Below, piece by piece: positions 23,800 through 34,341 of a stretch of 64,000 bases of DNA. The notes under the pieces are model-generated. The model made no database searches, was not told the origin of the DNA, and was given only the letters and a program-made list of their open reading frames with translations. How positions within the stretch are numbered: the stretch's first letter is position 1; each line of letters begins with the position of its first letter. The translations under genes were made by a program, and so were the position numbers. Source of the DNA: Eutreptiella sp. 'Long Island Sound 2002' (Eukaryota; Protista; Euglenida); assembly GCA_964036045.1 (NCBI GenBank), contig OZ038378.1, positions 48,856,001 through 48,920,000 of the forward strand. The letters are read 5' to 3'.

Positions 23800-26333
23800 T
23801 CCCCGCCCAACCCCGAGGCGGAGACCGTGCGCGCACACCCGCGGGTCAACATCCTCTCGCGCCCCGACTCACCGCGCACCCCCACGGTACAGGTCTACGA
23901 GGAACCCCCCGGGCCCGCCACCGCCACCGGTCCCCACGACCCCGTCACACCCACCCAGGCCCACTCCTCCGCCCAAGACCGCGGCCCCTGCCCAGGGACA
24001 GTGGTGGCAGCGCTGGACCCACATGCAGCTCTGGGAGCTGCGAAAGTGGGCCCGGGGAGAGCCCTCCCTCGAGGGCCTGGTCCACCGGCCCCGCAAGGGG
24101 TCGGTGGAGAACTGCCGCCTCCGGCCAGCGGGGGGGTGGATGCTGCAGGCCGCATGGGAAGCCATGCTGACCAATGTGCTCCACCCCCTGGGAGTCCACC
24201 CCCGCAAACTCCCCGCGCCCCAGGACCACCCGCATGTCCTGAGGCGCCTGCGGGAGACCCTCTGGGAGACACAGCGAGACGGCATCCACCTGTGGGACAT
24301 CACCCAAAGCCCAGCCCCGCACACACACACCCCCTCGCTACCCACAAGCGTCAGCGCACCGACACCGGCGGCACCCACAGCACCGCAGGAGCCCTGCGCA
24401 CCACACAACAACGGGCGTCGGACCCCCGGGCCAGCGGCGCCGCCACCTAACCCCGTTACCCAGCAAACCTGCACTATGGGGCGCCACGCCAGGCCCCGCC
24501 CAGAAGTCACCAAAGAAACCGGACGCTGAAGGACGCCAACGCACACGACAACGGGCACCACTACGCCCAAAGGCACCGAACCCAGGCCCGCTACCGTCGC
24601 AACCGCCTAACCAAGCCAAAACCCAAACACAAATCAAACCTGAGCCACACCCCGAAACCGCTAACCCTTGACTCCTAACCAGGCCCGCCGAGGGAACAAC
24701 GTAACCACAGCCGACACCCACAGCCCACACAGCCGCCTAACCAGCCAGCTCGGGAAGCAAAGAGACATCTAACCAAACCCACCCTGGCCCATGCCCGTGT
24801 ACATCACGACACGCGAGCCGCACCCCTGGGGCGCGACCGCCGCCACAGCACCGACGACACACGCCAGAGGACACAACACTATTGCACCGCCGCACCAGCT
24901 GCCCGTGCCCGTGCCTGCAGTGTACGCGCGCCCCTGTTTTTCTTTTTTTTCCATCAAAAAAAAACAAAAAAAAACGGAAAATAAGGGGGGGGAGGAAGAG
25001 GAACACAACCACCAATGGCACACGCGCACCGCACACAGCGCGCACACCGGTGAACGGGCGCCAGGAGGGCCAGGACACCGCACACGCGCGTGCACCGAGG
25101 GCGAACAAGGGGACGAGACACCATGGCCTGGCACACCGGTGAACAAGAGCCAAGAGGCCCGGGACACCGCGCACGCAAAGCAACACACCGAGCGGGCGCA
25201 CCGGTGAACAGGAGCCAAGTGGCCCAGGACACCGCACACGCAACACAACAAACCGAGCGGGCACACCGGTGAGCGGGGGCCAAGGGGCCCAGGACGCCAC
25301 ACACACACCACAACACACCGAGCGGACACACTGGTGAACAGGAGCCAAGTAGCCCAGGACACCGCAGACACAACAAAACAAACTGCGTGGGCACACCGGT
25401 GAACAGGTGCCAAGTGGCCCAGGACACCGCACACGCAACACAACACCCCGGGCGGGTACATCGGTGAACAGGAGCCAAGTGGCCCAGGACACCGCACACG
25501 CAAAGCAACACACCGAGCGGGCGCACCGGTGAACAGGAGCCAAGTGGCCCGGGACACCGCACACGCAACACGACACACCCAGCGGGCGCACCGGTGAACG
25601 GGAGCCAAGTGGCCCAGGACACCGCACACGCAACACAACACACTGAGCGAGCACACCGGTGAACAGGAGCCAAGTGGCCCAGGACACCGCCGACGCAACA
25701 CAGCAGACCGCGCGGGCACACCGGTGAACAGGAGCCAAGCGGCACAGGACACTGCACACACGTAGGGCGGCCGAGGGACAGGAAAGAACCAACACCCCAT
25801 GGGTCGGACGCACTGGGGCAACCCAGCCGACCCACCGGGCCAGTGGCAGGAGCGGTACTCCAAGGCCACTGGTCCGAGCCCGGCCAGGCTGCATCGGGAA
25901 CCATGGCAAACGTCACCCGGAGCCATGGAAGCAACCGGTGACAGGCGAGCCGGTACACAGTCCAGGAGGGGGTTGCCTGCCAAGCAGAGTGGCCCCGCAA
26001 CTCAAGCCACAAGGGTGAGGCGGTCGTACCGTAGACTAGCGGGAGCAATACCCCTTGTGGTGAGAGATACTCCACACGGCTGGGCAGCCCCCAGAGCTGC
26101 GCCGAAAGGAGGGGGCATGTGGCCCTACCCATGGACACATGTGGGGACACCCTCCCACCTGGGACACATGGACCGGGCGGCTGCGACAATGCCTTCCCAA
26201 GCACATGCGGAAGCGGCTCAAGAGGCACCTGACATAGGGCAGTGAGAGGGACAGGACGTCCCCTTGGTAAGACCTTCTTCCTGCAATGTCAAAGGAGGCA
26301 TCCCGAGCTCCCGAAGATACCTACCTACCTACC
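23800..26333 (+). repeat. Composite repeat unit B ending in a LINE-like 3' end and (CCTA)n tail
   Basis: Modules shared with 19990-20672, 21340-21950 and 27310-28318; ends gaagataCCTACCTACCTACC. Confidence 0.75.
25040..25780 (+). repeat. 65-bp minisatellite, about 11 copies
   Basis: Unit starts at 25261, 25326, 25391, 25456, 25521, 25586, 25651, 25716; core caccggtgaacaggagccaagtggcccaggacaccgc. Confidence 0.92.
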
Positions 26334-26335
26334 TT

Positions 26336-28318
26336 TCCATGTGTGGGAGTGAGCTGGGGGTGATGTCCCACAGGCGCCTTCCTTCCCTCCGCGTCGCCTG
26401 CTAGATCCCCTACAGGCGCCTGAGGACATACGGGTGGTGCTGGGGTGCAGGGAGCTTACGGGGCTGGAGTCCCTGTGGATGGAGCGCATCTGCCAACATG
26501 GCTTCGCATGCCTCCTTGCAGCATCCATCCCCCCGCCTACTTGAATGGACAGTTCTCCGTCGTCTCTTTGCAGGGCCGGAGGACGAGACCCTCGAGAGAG
26601 GTCTCTGCCCGGGCCCACGTCTGCAGCCCTAACTCCACGGGTGTTACCTTCTGCGCCACAGGCGGGCAACACGCCGACAACACTCTCTTCGAACACAGGC
26701 CGCCACACCCAGCAGTCCCAACCAAGGGCTGCGAATCAATCCCCCCCCCGGGCCCAAAGCACCGCAAGCCGCTGCAGCCCACACCCGCCCTGACAAAGCC
26801 TGACCACGTCCCAGGCACCAGACTGGCCAGAGACAGGGCCCCCACCTGCCGGCCGAAGTGCCCGAGACCCGCCCCGGCCCAACGACTCCCTCAAGCATTG
26901 CCCCCGCAGTGACCCACTCACTACCCACTACCCCGTCAGGCACCGCCAACGAACAACACGCCGGACCCCACCGGGAAGAAGCCGCGCAAACCAGGAGGGC
27001 CCGGACACCAACGCACACGCAAACGGGCACCTGCTGTGCCCAACAGCTCCAGTCCCAAGCCCGAAGCTGTCAAATCTGCCTGACCCGCCAAAAACCGCAA
27101 ACCCGCAAATCACGCTCATGGACCCCACCCGAAGCTTAACCACAACAGAAGCTGACGAACACAAATCACGCCCCTTAGCCCCTAACCCCCCAAGCCTGGC
27201 CCGGATCACAGAGGCAGAAAAGTAGTCAAAGCCCGCGCCCACAGCCATCACATCCACGTAACCTGCCAATACCACCTGACCTGCAAGTCACGCCCACTAG
27301 TCCCGCCCGAAAGCATAACCGAGACGCAAAGAGACACCCAGCCAAACCCACCTTAACCGGCACAAGTGTACATCATGACGTGCGAGCCGCACCCTTGGGG
27401 CGCGACCGCCGAGGAGACACCGGTAACGCGCACAGCGAGCAGGAACACAGCACTGCTGCACCGCCGTTCTAACTGGGCATGCCTGTGCCTGTGGTGTTTG
27501 CGCGCCCCTTTTCCGCTTTTCTAAAAAGGAAATTGAAGAGAGAAGAAGAAGAAATCATCAAGCAGGGGAAAAGGATGAAGCAGGGGGGAGCAACAAAGCC
27601 ACTAACAGCAGGCGCGTGCGACACACAGTGCGCACACGGGTGAAAAAGCGCCAAGTGCCCACGGACACTGCACACAGAATGCAAAGGACGCGCACACCGG
27701 TGAACCAGCGGGGAGAGGCCCTGAACACTGCACGCACGTACGCACCCAGGGCAGCAGAGGGACAGGGCGCAAGAAACCCCACCCCAAGGGTCAGACACAC
27801 TGGGGCGACCCAGCTGACCAGCCGGGCCAGTAGCTGGAGCAGCACTCCAAGGCCACTGGTCTGGGCCCGGTCGGGGTGCATCGGGGACCATGGCAAACGT
27901 CAGCTGGAGCCATGGCAACAACCCGTGACAGGTGAGCTGCCACACAGCGCAGGAGGGGGTCCCCTGCCAAGCAGCGGGGCCGCGCAACTCGACCCACAGG
28001 TATGACGCAAGCGTTTCGTAGATTCGCGGGAGGAATGCCCCCAGTAGTGAGAGATACTCCCACTGCTGGGCAGCCCCGCAGAGCTGCCGCCCGCAGGAGG
28101 GGGCATGTGACCCTACCCACGGGTACATGCCGGGACACCCTCCCTCCCAGGACACAGGGACCGGGTTGCCGCGACACTGCCTTCCCACGCATCTGCGGGA
28201 GCGGCTTAAGAGGCACCTACCCTAGGGCATTGGGAGGGACAGGACGTGCCTCTGATAAGACCATCTTCCTGCATTGCAAAAGGAGGCCTCTGGAGCTCTT
28301 GAAGATACCTACCTACCC
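26336..28318 (+). repeat. Composite repeat unit C ending in a LINE-like 3' end and (CCTA)n tail
   Basis: Collinear with unit A; 27780-28318 is homologous to 25790-26333; both encode a conserved terminal peptide (TGLPRHCLPTHLRERLKRHLP* / TGRLRQCLPKHMRKRLKRHLT*). Confidence 0.8.
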
Positions 28319-28329
28319 AGCAATTCCTG

Positions 28330-29500
28330 CGGTGTTGGGGCGTGTGTGATTGGGTGCGCGCTCCGCCCTTACCACGCCATGCCTGGCTCGGTTGTGCGGT
28401 TTCTGTGTGTGTCTGGGTTCCGTTTTCGGCTGTGCCTCGCCATTCCTAGCTGGGGTGTTGGGGTATGTGTGTTTGTGTGCGCGCTCCACCTGATTCCAAC
28501 CAATCCTGGCTGGGGTTTGTGGTGCGTGTGTTGGGCTCAGGTTTTGGCTTTCAGCCTGCCAATCCTTGCTGGGGTTTTGGGGTGTCTGTGTTTGTGTGCG
28601 CGCTCCGCCTGTACCCCTCCACTCCTGGCTGCTGTGTCCGGTGTGTGTGTGTGTGTGTTTGAGTTTTGGTTTCGGCGGCGCCCCGCTATTCCTTGCTTGG
28701 GTGTTGGGTCGTGTGTCGTTGTCTGCGTGCTCTGCCTGTTCCCCCCCTATCCCCGTTGGGATTTGTGAACTGAGCGTCTGGGTTCAGGGCTTCGCGTTCA
28801 CCCGGCCTATAAAGGCTGAGATGAAGGGGTGTGTGTGTTTGTGTTCGCGCCCCACCTGTATTCCGCCATTCCCGGCTGGAGTGCGCGCTCTGGGTGCGTG
28901 ATTTGGTTCAGGTTTCAGCTGCGCCCCACAGTTCCTGGCTTGGGTGTTGGGGGCTGTGTGTTGGTGTGCGCGTTCCGCCTGCACCCCGCCATTCCTGGTT
29001 CGGTTTTGTTTCGTGTTGGTCGGGTCTTGCCTGACACCTTCTCCCTAGCTGTGGTTCATTGCGTGTTGTGCGCGCTTCCCGGGTTTGCGGCCTCCGGTGG
29101 CCGTTGTTGCTTGGCAGCTGTCTGTGTGCCTTAGTTGTGGCCGGCAGCGTCCCGCTCTGGCGTGCGTCCTGGCCCCGCGTGGTGCGCCACGCCTCGTCAG
29201 GTCTGGTCTCTCTCGGTGCGTCGGTTGGCTTTCCCGTCGCCCTGGTGCCTCCCCCTACCAGGTGAACTCCCCCCTGGGTTTACTGGGCGGCTGCGCAGGG
29301 CACCTGGAGGCCGGCCGAGAACCTGGCTCATGGTGCCTGCAGCTGGCCCATGCCGAGGCAGGAGCGGTGGACTTGCTCCGTGTTGTACCCGTCCGGGGCC
29401 CCGCGATGAGGTTGTCCCTGGCGGGTCCCTCTGGCGTCGGTTTCGGGCTGCGTGCGCTGCGGTGTCTTGCTGTGTGTTGACTCGGTCACTCACCCGTCCT
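28330..29500 (+). repeat. S1 satellite array plus ~460-bp unique module
   Basis: ~120-bp period (gtgcgcgctcc near 28477, 28596, 28966); the whole block is homologous to the reverse complement of 49810-51600. Confidence 0.85.
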
Positions 29501-29893
29501 CCTTTCTGTACCGTCCACCTTTCGAAGGGGGATTCGGCCGCTGCACCGGGGCTGATTCTTGTGGACGCCAACACGGCCCCTTCCGGGTCGGAGGACACCA
29601 CGCCCGGGTCCTGTGCGTGTGCCCGTGTGCTCGCTCTTCTTCACTGGGTCGGGCGGGCCGGCCTCCTGGACTCCTTCTGGTGCGCCTCAGCCCTCCTGTG
29701 GCCGTTCTCGGTGCTCTCTCTGTTTGCCTGGCCCCCTCCGAGCTTTCGACGCCCTTTCTTTTTTTTCTTCCTTGCGCTCTGGCTGTGTCTCTGGCCCTGG
29801 GTGCCCTGGGCCAGGCTGCTTTTAGTTTGCCCCCCCCCCCCCGCCCCCCCGCTTTTTTTTCCGCGCCCTTCGCAGAGCCGTGCTGCCTTTGGC

Positions 29894-32028
29894 CTTGGCG
29901 CCTTTTTTTTTTTTTTTCAGGCATGGCGGTCCCCCGCCCAAGACTACACAAATCTGCTCAACTGCGAGGTTCCTCGAAGGACAGCCGCTATTTACAGCAA
30001 AACAGGGAAGTATTCAGGCATAAGGTGTCGATGACACTCTCCAAAAGGAAACCATAGGCTTAGGCCCGATCTGCTGAGTTGCTGTGGGGCTCCTACAATT
30101 GCATTTGTGTGGATAAAATCACTGAAGTTGTTTCAGTGAAAACGTAAGTTGTGCTGAGGTGAAAGGAAAAGAGGGAAGCCTAAGATGTAATGGGATTGAC
30201 TAGTTCTCTGTTGACTGAATGGTTCTGATTGGTGGACAAAATAAAGGAGGTTGATGTCGAAAAAGGGTTTGACAGGACAACATTGGGCCAATACACAGGC
30301 AGTGCACCAGAGCAGACATGCATGGGATCAATGGACGAAGTAAAACAGACAGAGTTATTCAGGTCCCTGAGTTCTCTCTTGCTGCAATTTATCCAAGTGC
30401 TTTCCCAATCTGTATTTGAATGTCCTTACCAGTAAGTTGGCCATGTCCGCTGAGTATGGGTGACGAACAGGGGCGAATGTGGTGGTAGTCCAGTCCCATG
30501 ATTCTTGAAAGACGTCAACATATTCTTCGGCTGATTGCAGTGTCCTTTCCAGTTGCTTGAGAAGTGGGGGATCTTTTAATTGGAAGTCTGATAGCGTGAC
30601 CTGAGGTGGAGAGGTCGATAGAGTAGAAGAACTCTGCAGGTGTGGTAATGCATCGGACAGAGAATCACTGTCGGTTTCTTCAGAGGAGTGTGTATCCTTA
30701 TCCTCTTCACGGCTTTGAAGTGATAAGCTTTCGTCGGCAGAGCTTTCTTTCGGCGCGTTCTCTTCAGGGACCTGGAGTGATGAGTGTTCCTCGCCGGCGT
30801 CGGCGTGCGACGTATGCGTATCTGAGGAGTGTTCTTCGATGGAGTCGGACTCGTGGTGCGCTGCGAGAGATTCTTGGTCGCTCTTGTCGTTGTAGATCCG
30901 AACTTCGGGCAGTGCATTGAATTCTGGATCGTTGCTTTCATCGAATCCTGTCGTGTGTGATGATTGAGCCGTGTTGTCTGCGAGTTGGGCTAGTGCGGGG
31001 TTGTCTGTTTGCCGCTTTGGGGCTTCTTTGCGGGATACTTGACTTTTAGAGTGGATGGTGAGTGGGTTTTCTGAACGGTCTCTGTCATTGCATAATATGC
31101 TGGCGTAACTCACGCTGGGTTCGGTGGGTCGGTGTGATACATTTTTTGATTGAAGAATTGTAGGCGGCGATGTTTTTGTTGTGCTTGATTGTTGTGCTCG
31201 GAGGCAACGTGCTTGCCGACAGGGAAGGCAACGTAGAGGGCGGTAAAGACCTTGTTTTGTGAACCAGGCGGCTTCGTCTTCCGTCAGTTGAAACATCGAA
31301 TTGCATTCCTTGCATATGTCCGGCTTGTTAGCTGGAGATTCATGCGAAGAACTGTTGAATTCACGTTTCCGGTGGCGGATTGATTGCCAGGACTCATCAG
31401 AACCTTCGCTGACCTCTGACTCAGTGTGGCGGCTTTCGCTCTCGTTGATGTCTGGTGCATCGCTTGTTGCTTGTAGGGCGCCGCTCTTCTGCTTCTCACC
31501 GGTTGGCTGTTTAGATGGAAATATATAGCTAGTATGGTCCGTTGATCCCAGTGCATGCTTGCTGTGGGCAGAGGAGATACCTGTGCTTTCTTTTTGACTT
31601 GGATTGGTAGTTTGAGTACTGGAGTGCACGGAGGTCGGAGTTATGTGATATCTTTGTGAGAAAGTAGGTGCAGGGAGATAAGGATTGTGACAGAACTGGC
31701 GGTTAGGCGATGCGGAGGGCTCTGTGCCATGGTTGAACGAGCACGTTTTTCCGTATCGACAATTTGACGAGTGTTTGCATGGAGTTTTTGCTGCAATAAT
31801 TCGGAAATTGATATAGAATTGCAATAAGGACCAGAATTGCGGTGATTTGTTAGATTCGAACAAATTATCCAGTAGCTTCACGGCGTCTTCTTCTGCGCTT
31901 TTATTTGACTGCATCCATTTCATTGTAATCGATTTTGGATGGAAATTCATTCATTGTAGCCAGATGTCGGTAAATTGTTGCAAATTGCTGTGACCATTGT
32001 TGTAGCGCGCGCGATTCTTGGCGCCTTT
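29894..32028 (-). mobile_element. Non-autonomous poly(A) retroposon, copy 1 (~2.1 kb, single ORF, no RT)
   Basis: TSD CTTGGCGCCTTT at 29894-29905 and 32017-32028; T15 at 29903-29917 (poly(A) on the minus strand); hairpin at 29925-29938; terminal motifs shared with 57552-59657. Confidence 0.88.
30355..31950 (-). CDS. 531-aa protein: CCCH zinc finger, zinc ribbon (zf-trcl-like), acidic/Ser-rich linkers and a conserved C-terminal helical domain
   Basis: Uninterrupted ATG-start ORF; CKHSSNCRYGKTCSFNH; CKECNSMFQLTEDEAAWFTKQGLYRPLRCLPCR; motifs conserved in the paralogue at 57646-59094. Confidence 0.85.
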   Translation of the reverse strand: MNFHPKSITMKWMQSNKSAEEDAVKLLDNLFESNKSPQFWSLLQFYINFRIIAAKTPCKHSSNCRYGKTCSFNHGTEPSASPNRQFCHNPYLPAPTFSQRYHITPTSVHSSTQTTNPSQKESTGISSAHSKHALGSTDHTSYIFPSKQPTGEKQKSGALQATSDAPDINESESRHTESEVSEGSDESWQSIRHRKREFNSSSHESPANKPDICKECNSMFQLTEDEAAWFTKQGLYRPLRCLPCRQARCLRAQQSSTTKTSPPTILQSKNVSHRPTEPSVSYASILCNDRDRSENPLTIHSKSQVSRKEAPKRQTDNPALAQLADNTAQSSHTTGFDESNDPEFNALPEVRIYNDKSDQESLAAHHESDSIEEHSSDTHTSHADAGEEHSSLQVPEENAPKESSADESLSLQSREEDKDTHSSEETDSDSLSDALPHLQSSSTLSTSPPQVTLSDFQLKDPPLLKQLERTLQSAEEYVDVFQESWDWTTTTFAPVRHPYSADMANLLVRTFKYRLGKHLDKLQQERTQGPE

Positions 32029-32029
32029 C

Positions 32030-33150
32030 TTGTATCATCCCCCCGCTTGTTTTTTGTTCTCCTTTGTCCTCTGCGTTGTGTTTCTCTGTGTTCTTGTGGT
32101 GTTCTGCTTGTCGCTGGCTTCCGGCCTTCGGCCCCCCCCGCCTTCTTCTTCGCTCCCGGGTTGTCTTTGGCTTCCCCTTGGCTTCTGGCGTTTGGTGCCC
32201 CGTGGTATTGGGGCCGTTTCTTTGCCAACCCTCCCCTGTTGGTTTGTTTTCTTTTTTTTTCCCTGTGGTGTGATGTTTTTCAGTGCCCTGCTGCGGTGAT
32301 GTGCTTCCTTGCTTGTCGTGGTCTGTGGGGTTGTTGTGCCTGGTGCGGTGCTGTCCTGTTGTGTTGTGTTGTGCTCTGTGCTTTGTCGGTTTTGGTTGGG
32401 CGGACTGTGACTTTCTTTGTCTCTCGTCCTTTTCTGTCTCCCTCTGTGCGGGCTCTCCCCTGTGGTGTGTGTGTGCCTGTCTGTTTTGTGGGGCCGCGCC
32501 GCGTCCTGTTTGGCTGTTAGTGTCCCGCTGTGCTGCTCTGTGTTGGTGTGTCCTCTGCCGAGTGTTGGTGAGGGGTTGTAGTCCTAGGCACTGTGCTGTG
32601 TGCGCTGTATGGTTGTGTAGCCCCTCCCCCCTCCCGTTGTGGTGCTCGGTGTTTTGCGGTGTCCTCTGTCTTGTTGTGTGGCGCCCTGCCCTGTGGTGTG
32701 GTCCGCTTGGCGTCTTGCTTGGTGTTGTGTTGTGCTGCGCTCGCCTCCTTTTGGTCCCCTGCTGTCCCGCGTTGTTGTTTGCTGCTCTTTTCTTTTTTCT
32801 GTGCGATGTTCCGCGTGTCGTGCTGCCTGGTGCGGTGCTGCCCCGTGTTGCTGTGCGCTGTGAACGGTGCTGTGCTTGCGTTCTGCTGTGGTTCTAGCTC
32901 CGTGCTCTCCGGCGTCTTGTTGGGATGTGTCTTGTTGTGTTTTTTTTGTTGTGTTTTGCTGTCGTACGTTGTTGTGTGCTGTGCCACTTTTTTCGATGTT
33001 GATTCTTGCCTTTTTGTGGTGCTCCTGGCTGTTTCTGTCTGTGTGGTGCCCCGCCGTGGTGTGTCTTGCTGTGTTGCCTGGCTATGTCGCGGTTTCTGCT
33101 GCGCTGGGCCATTTGGTGCTTTGTTTTGCCGTTTTGTGCCCGGAAGGATG
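32030..33150 (+). repeat. TG-rich low-complexity / simple-repeat tract
   Basis: Degenerate gtgct, gtgtt and ttgt repeats; similar tracts at 49570-49800 and 52080-52340. Confidence 0.75.
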
Positions 33151-33151
33151 G

Positions 33152-33348
33152 CTGTAGACCTGTATACCACTGTACACCTTGTACCATGATAGTAACTGTA
33201 TACGAACCTGTATGCTCGGTATACACTGTAGACTGTATACCGTACACGTTTTTTGACTGTATACTTATGGTATACGGAGATTGTATACCTGTAGACCTGT
33301 AGACCTGTATACCTGTATACCTCTATAGTCATAGTCATAGTCATGACC
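33152..33348 (+). repeat. CTGTA[GT]AC 8-mer array followed by (TAGTCA)3
   Basis: Many ctgtagac/ctgtatac units; same family at 48695-48782 and 49425-49570. Confidence 0.8.
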
Positions 33349-33349
33349 A

Positions 33350-33990
33350 CTTATCATGCTGTCTACTGGAGTTACCGGGTATCTCGCGCCGACAGGTGGT
33401 TCCTGCCCTGCTCGATCCCGTGGGTCGGAGGGCTGTCTGACGTGGCCCACAGCATGACAGACGACCCAGAGGACCAGAGATACCTGCCAACCAGGCTTTG
33501 GGGGCAGTGGCAACTGCAAAGCCTTAGCATTAGCAACGGCAACGGACGTTGGCCCGTCTGTTCGCTGGGGGTAAAGGGGCAAGGCACAGCAACACAGCAG
33601 CAGGGCAACAAACCGAAAGCAAGGGCGTCTCCTACGGCCGCAAAGCAGCAACCAAGGTACAAAGCAGCACACATGCGGCGAAGCAAGAGCAGACCCCTCG
33701 TTGGTTGTGCACTCCCGCCACTATGGAGACGACCACCACCCGTGACCCCACGTAACCCACTGCCAGCATGCAATAACCCGTAGACGCATAGCCAGGATTT
33801 CTGGGAGGCTCCAGCCTAGCCTGGCCCTCAGCCTTCATCGCCTGCATGTCCCCATAATGTACGCCGTCGACCCACCGCACCAGTCCCCTAGTATAGTGCC
33901 CAACCATGGTAGCAGCTCCACCTTCTCCGCGGCCCTGAGCTGCACCCACACCCCGAATTTTCTACCCTGCCGGCACTCCACGTCAGGGGC
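33350..33990 (-). mobile_element. Probable LINE 3'-region remnant
   Basis: GC-rich, codon-like minus-strand sequence next to a short tandem-repeat tail; no diagnostic motif. Confidence 0.3.
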
Positions 33991-34296
33991 TGTAATGGGA
34001 CACGGTGTAAAGATCGCTAACGCGATGGGTCGCACATGCGCAGCGGGTACGTGCAGATGCGTAACAGGGAGCACAGCGATATGAAATAGACAATCAGAAA
34101 TAATCTAGGTATTTTGCAGTGCATATGTAAATTTTATTGTTATACAGAGAACGGGATGACATTACGTTTTGGGACAGTCTTCTGTTGTGTTCGCTGAGGG
34201 ATACTAAGAGGATGCAAGGAGTTCAACAATTTGAGTGATTTTGAAAAAGCATTGCAGGATACCGCAAATCAATAACAGAGGATCAGTACCATTACA
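33991..34296 (+). repeat. 5' LTR (306 bp)
   Basis: TGTAATGG...CCATTACA. Confidence 0.92.
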
Positions 34297-34307
34297 ATCC
34301 CGTTCTC
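34297..34307 (+). promoter_or_regulatory. Self-priming (Tf1/sushi-type) primer-binding site
   Basis: ATCCCGTTCTC directly after the LTR is the exact reverse complement of GAGAACGGGAT at 34147-34157 inside the LTR; it does not start with TGG. Confidence 0.75.
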
Positions 34308-34341
34308 GAAAAATTCAAAAATCGCTGTGGAGAATTTTGGT

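Noticed and set aside
25040-25780. CRISPR-like array (conserved core plus variable segment)
   Set aside because: The variable parts are mutually homologous CA-rich sequence with a fixed 65-bp period, there are no cas genes, and the context is eukaryotic: a minisatellite.
26318-26333. Telomeric repeat
   Set aside because: (CCTA)n is not CCCTAA/TTAGGG and has only 2-4 copies; better explained as a retroposon tail.
19502-29480. Numerous long Cys/Val/Pro/Ala-rich ORFs in the ORF track (also 32000-33300 and 49500-51600)
   Set aside because: They are translations of GC/GT-rich satellites on several overlapping frames, with no domain motifs.
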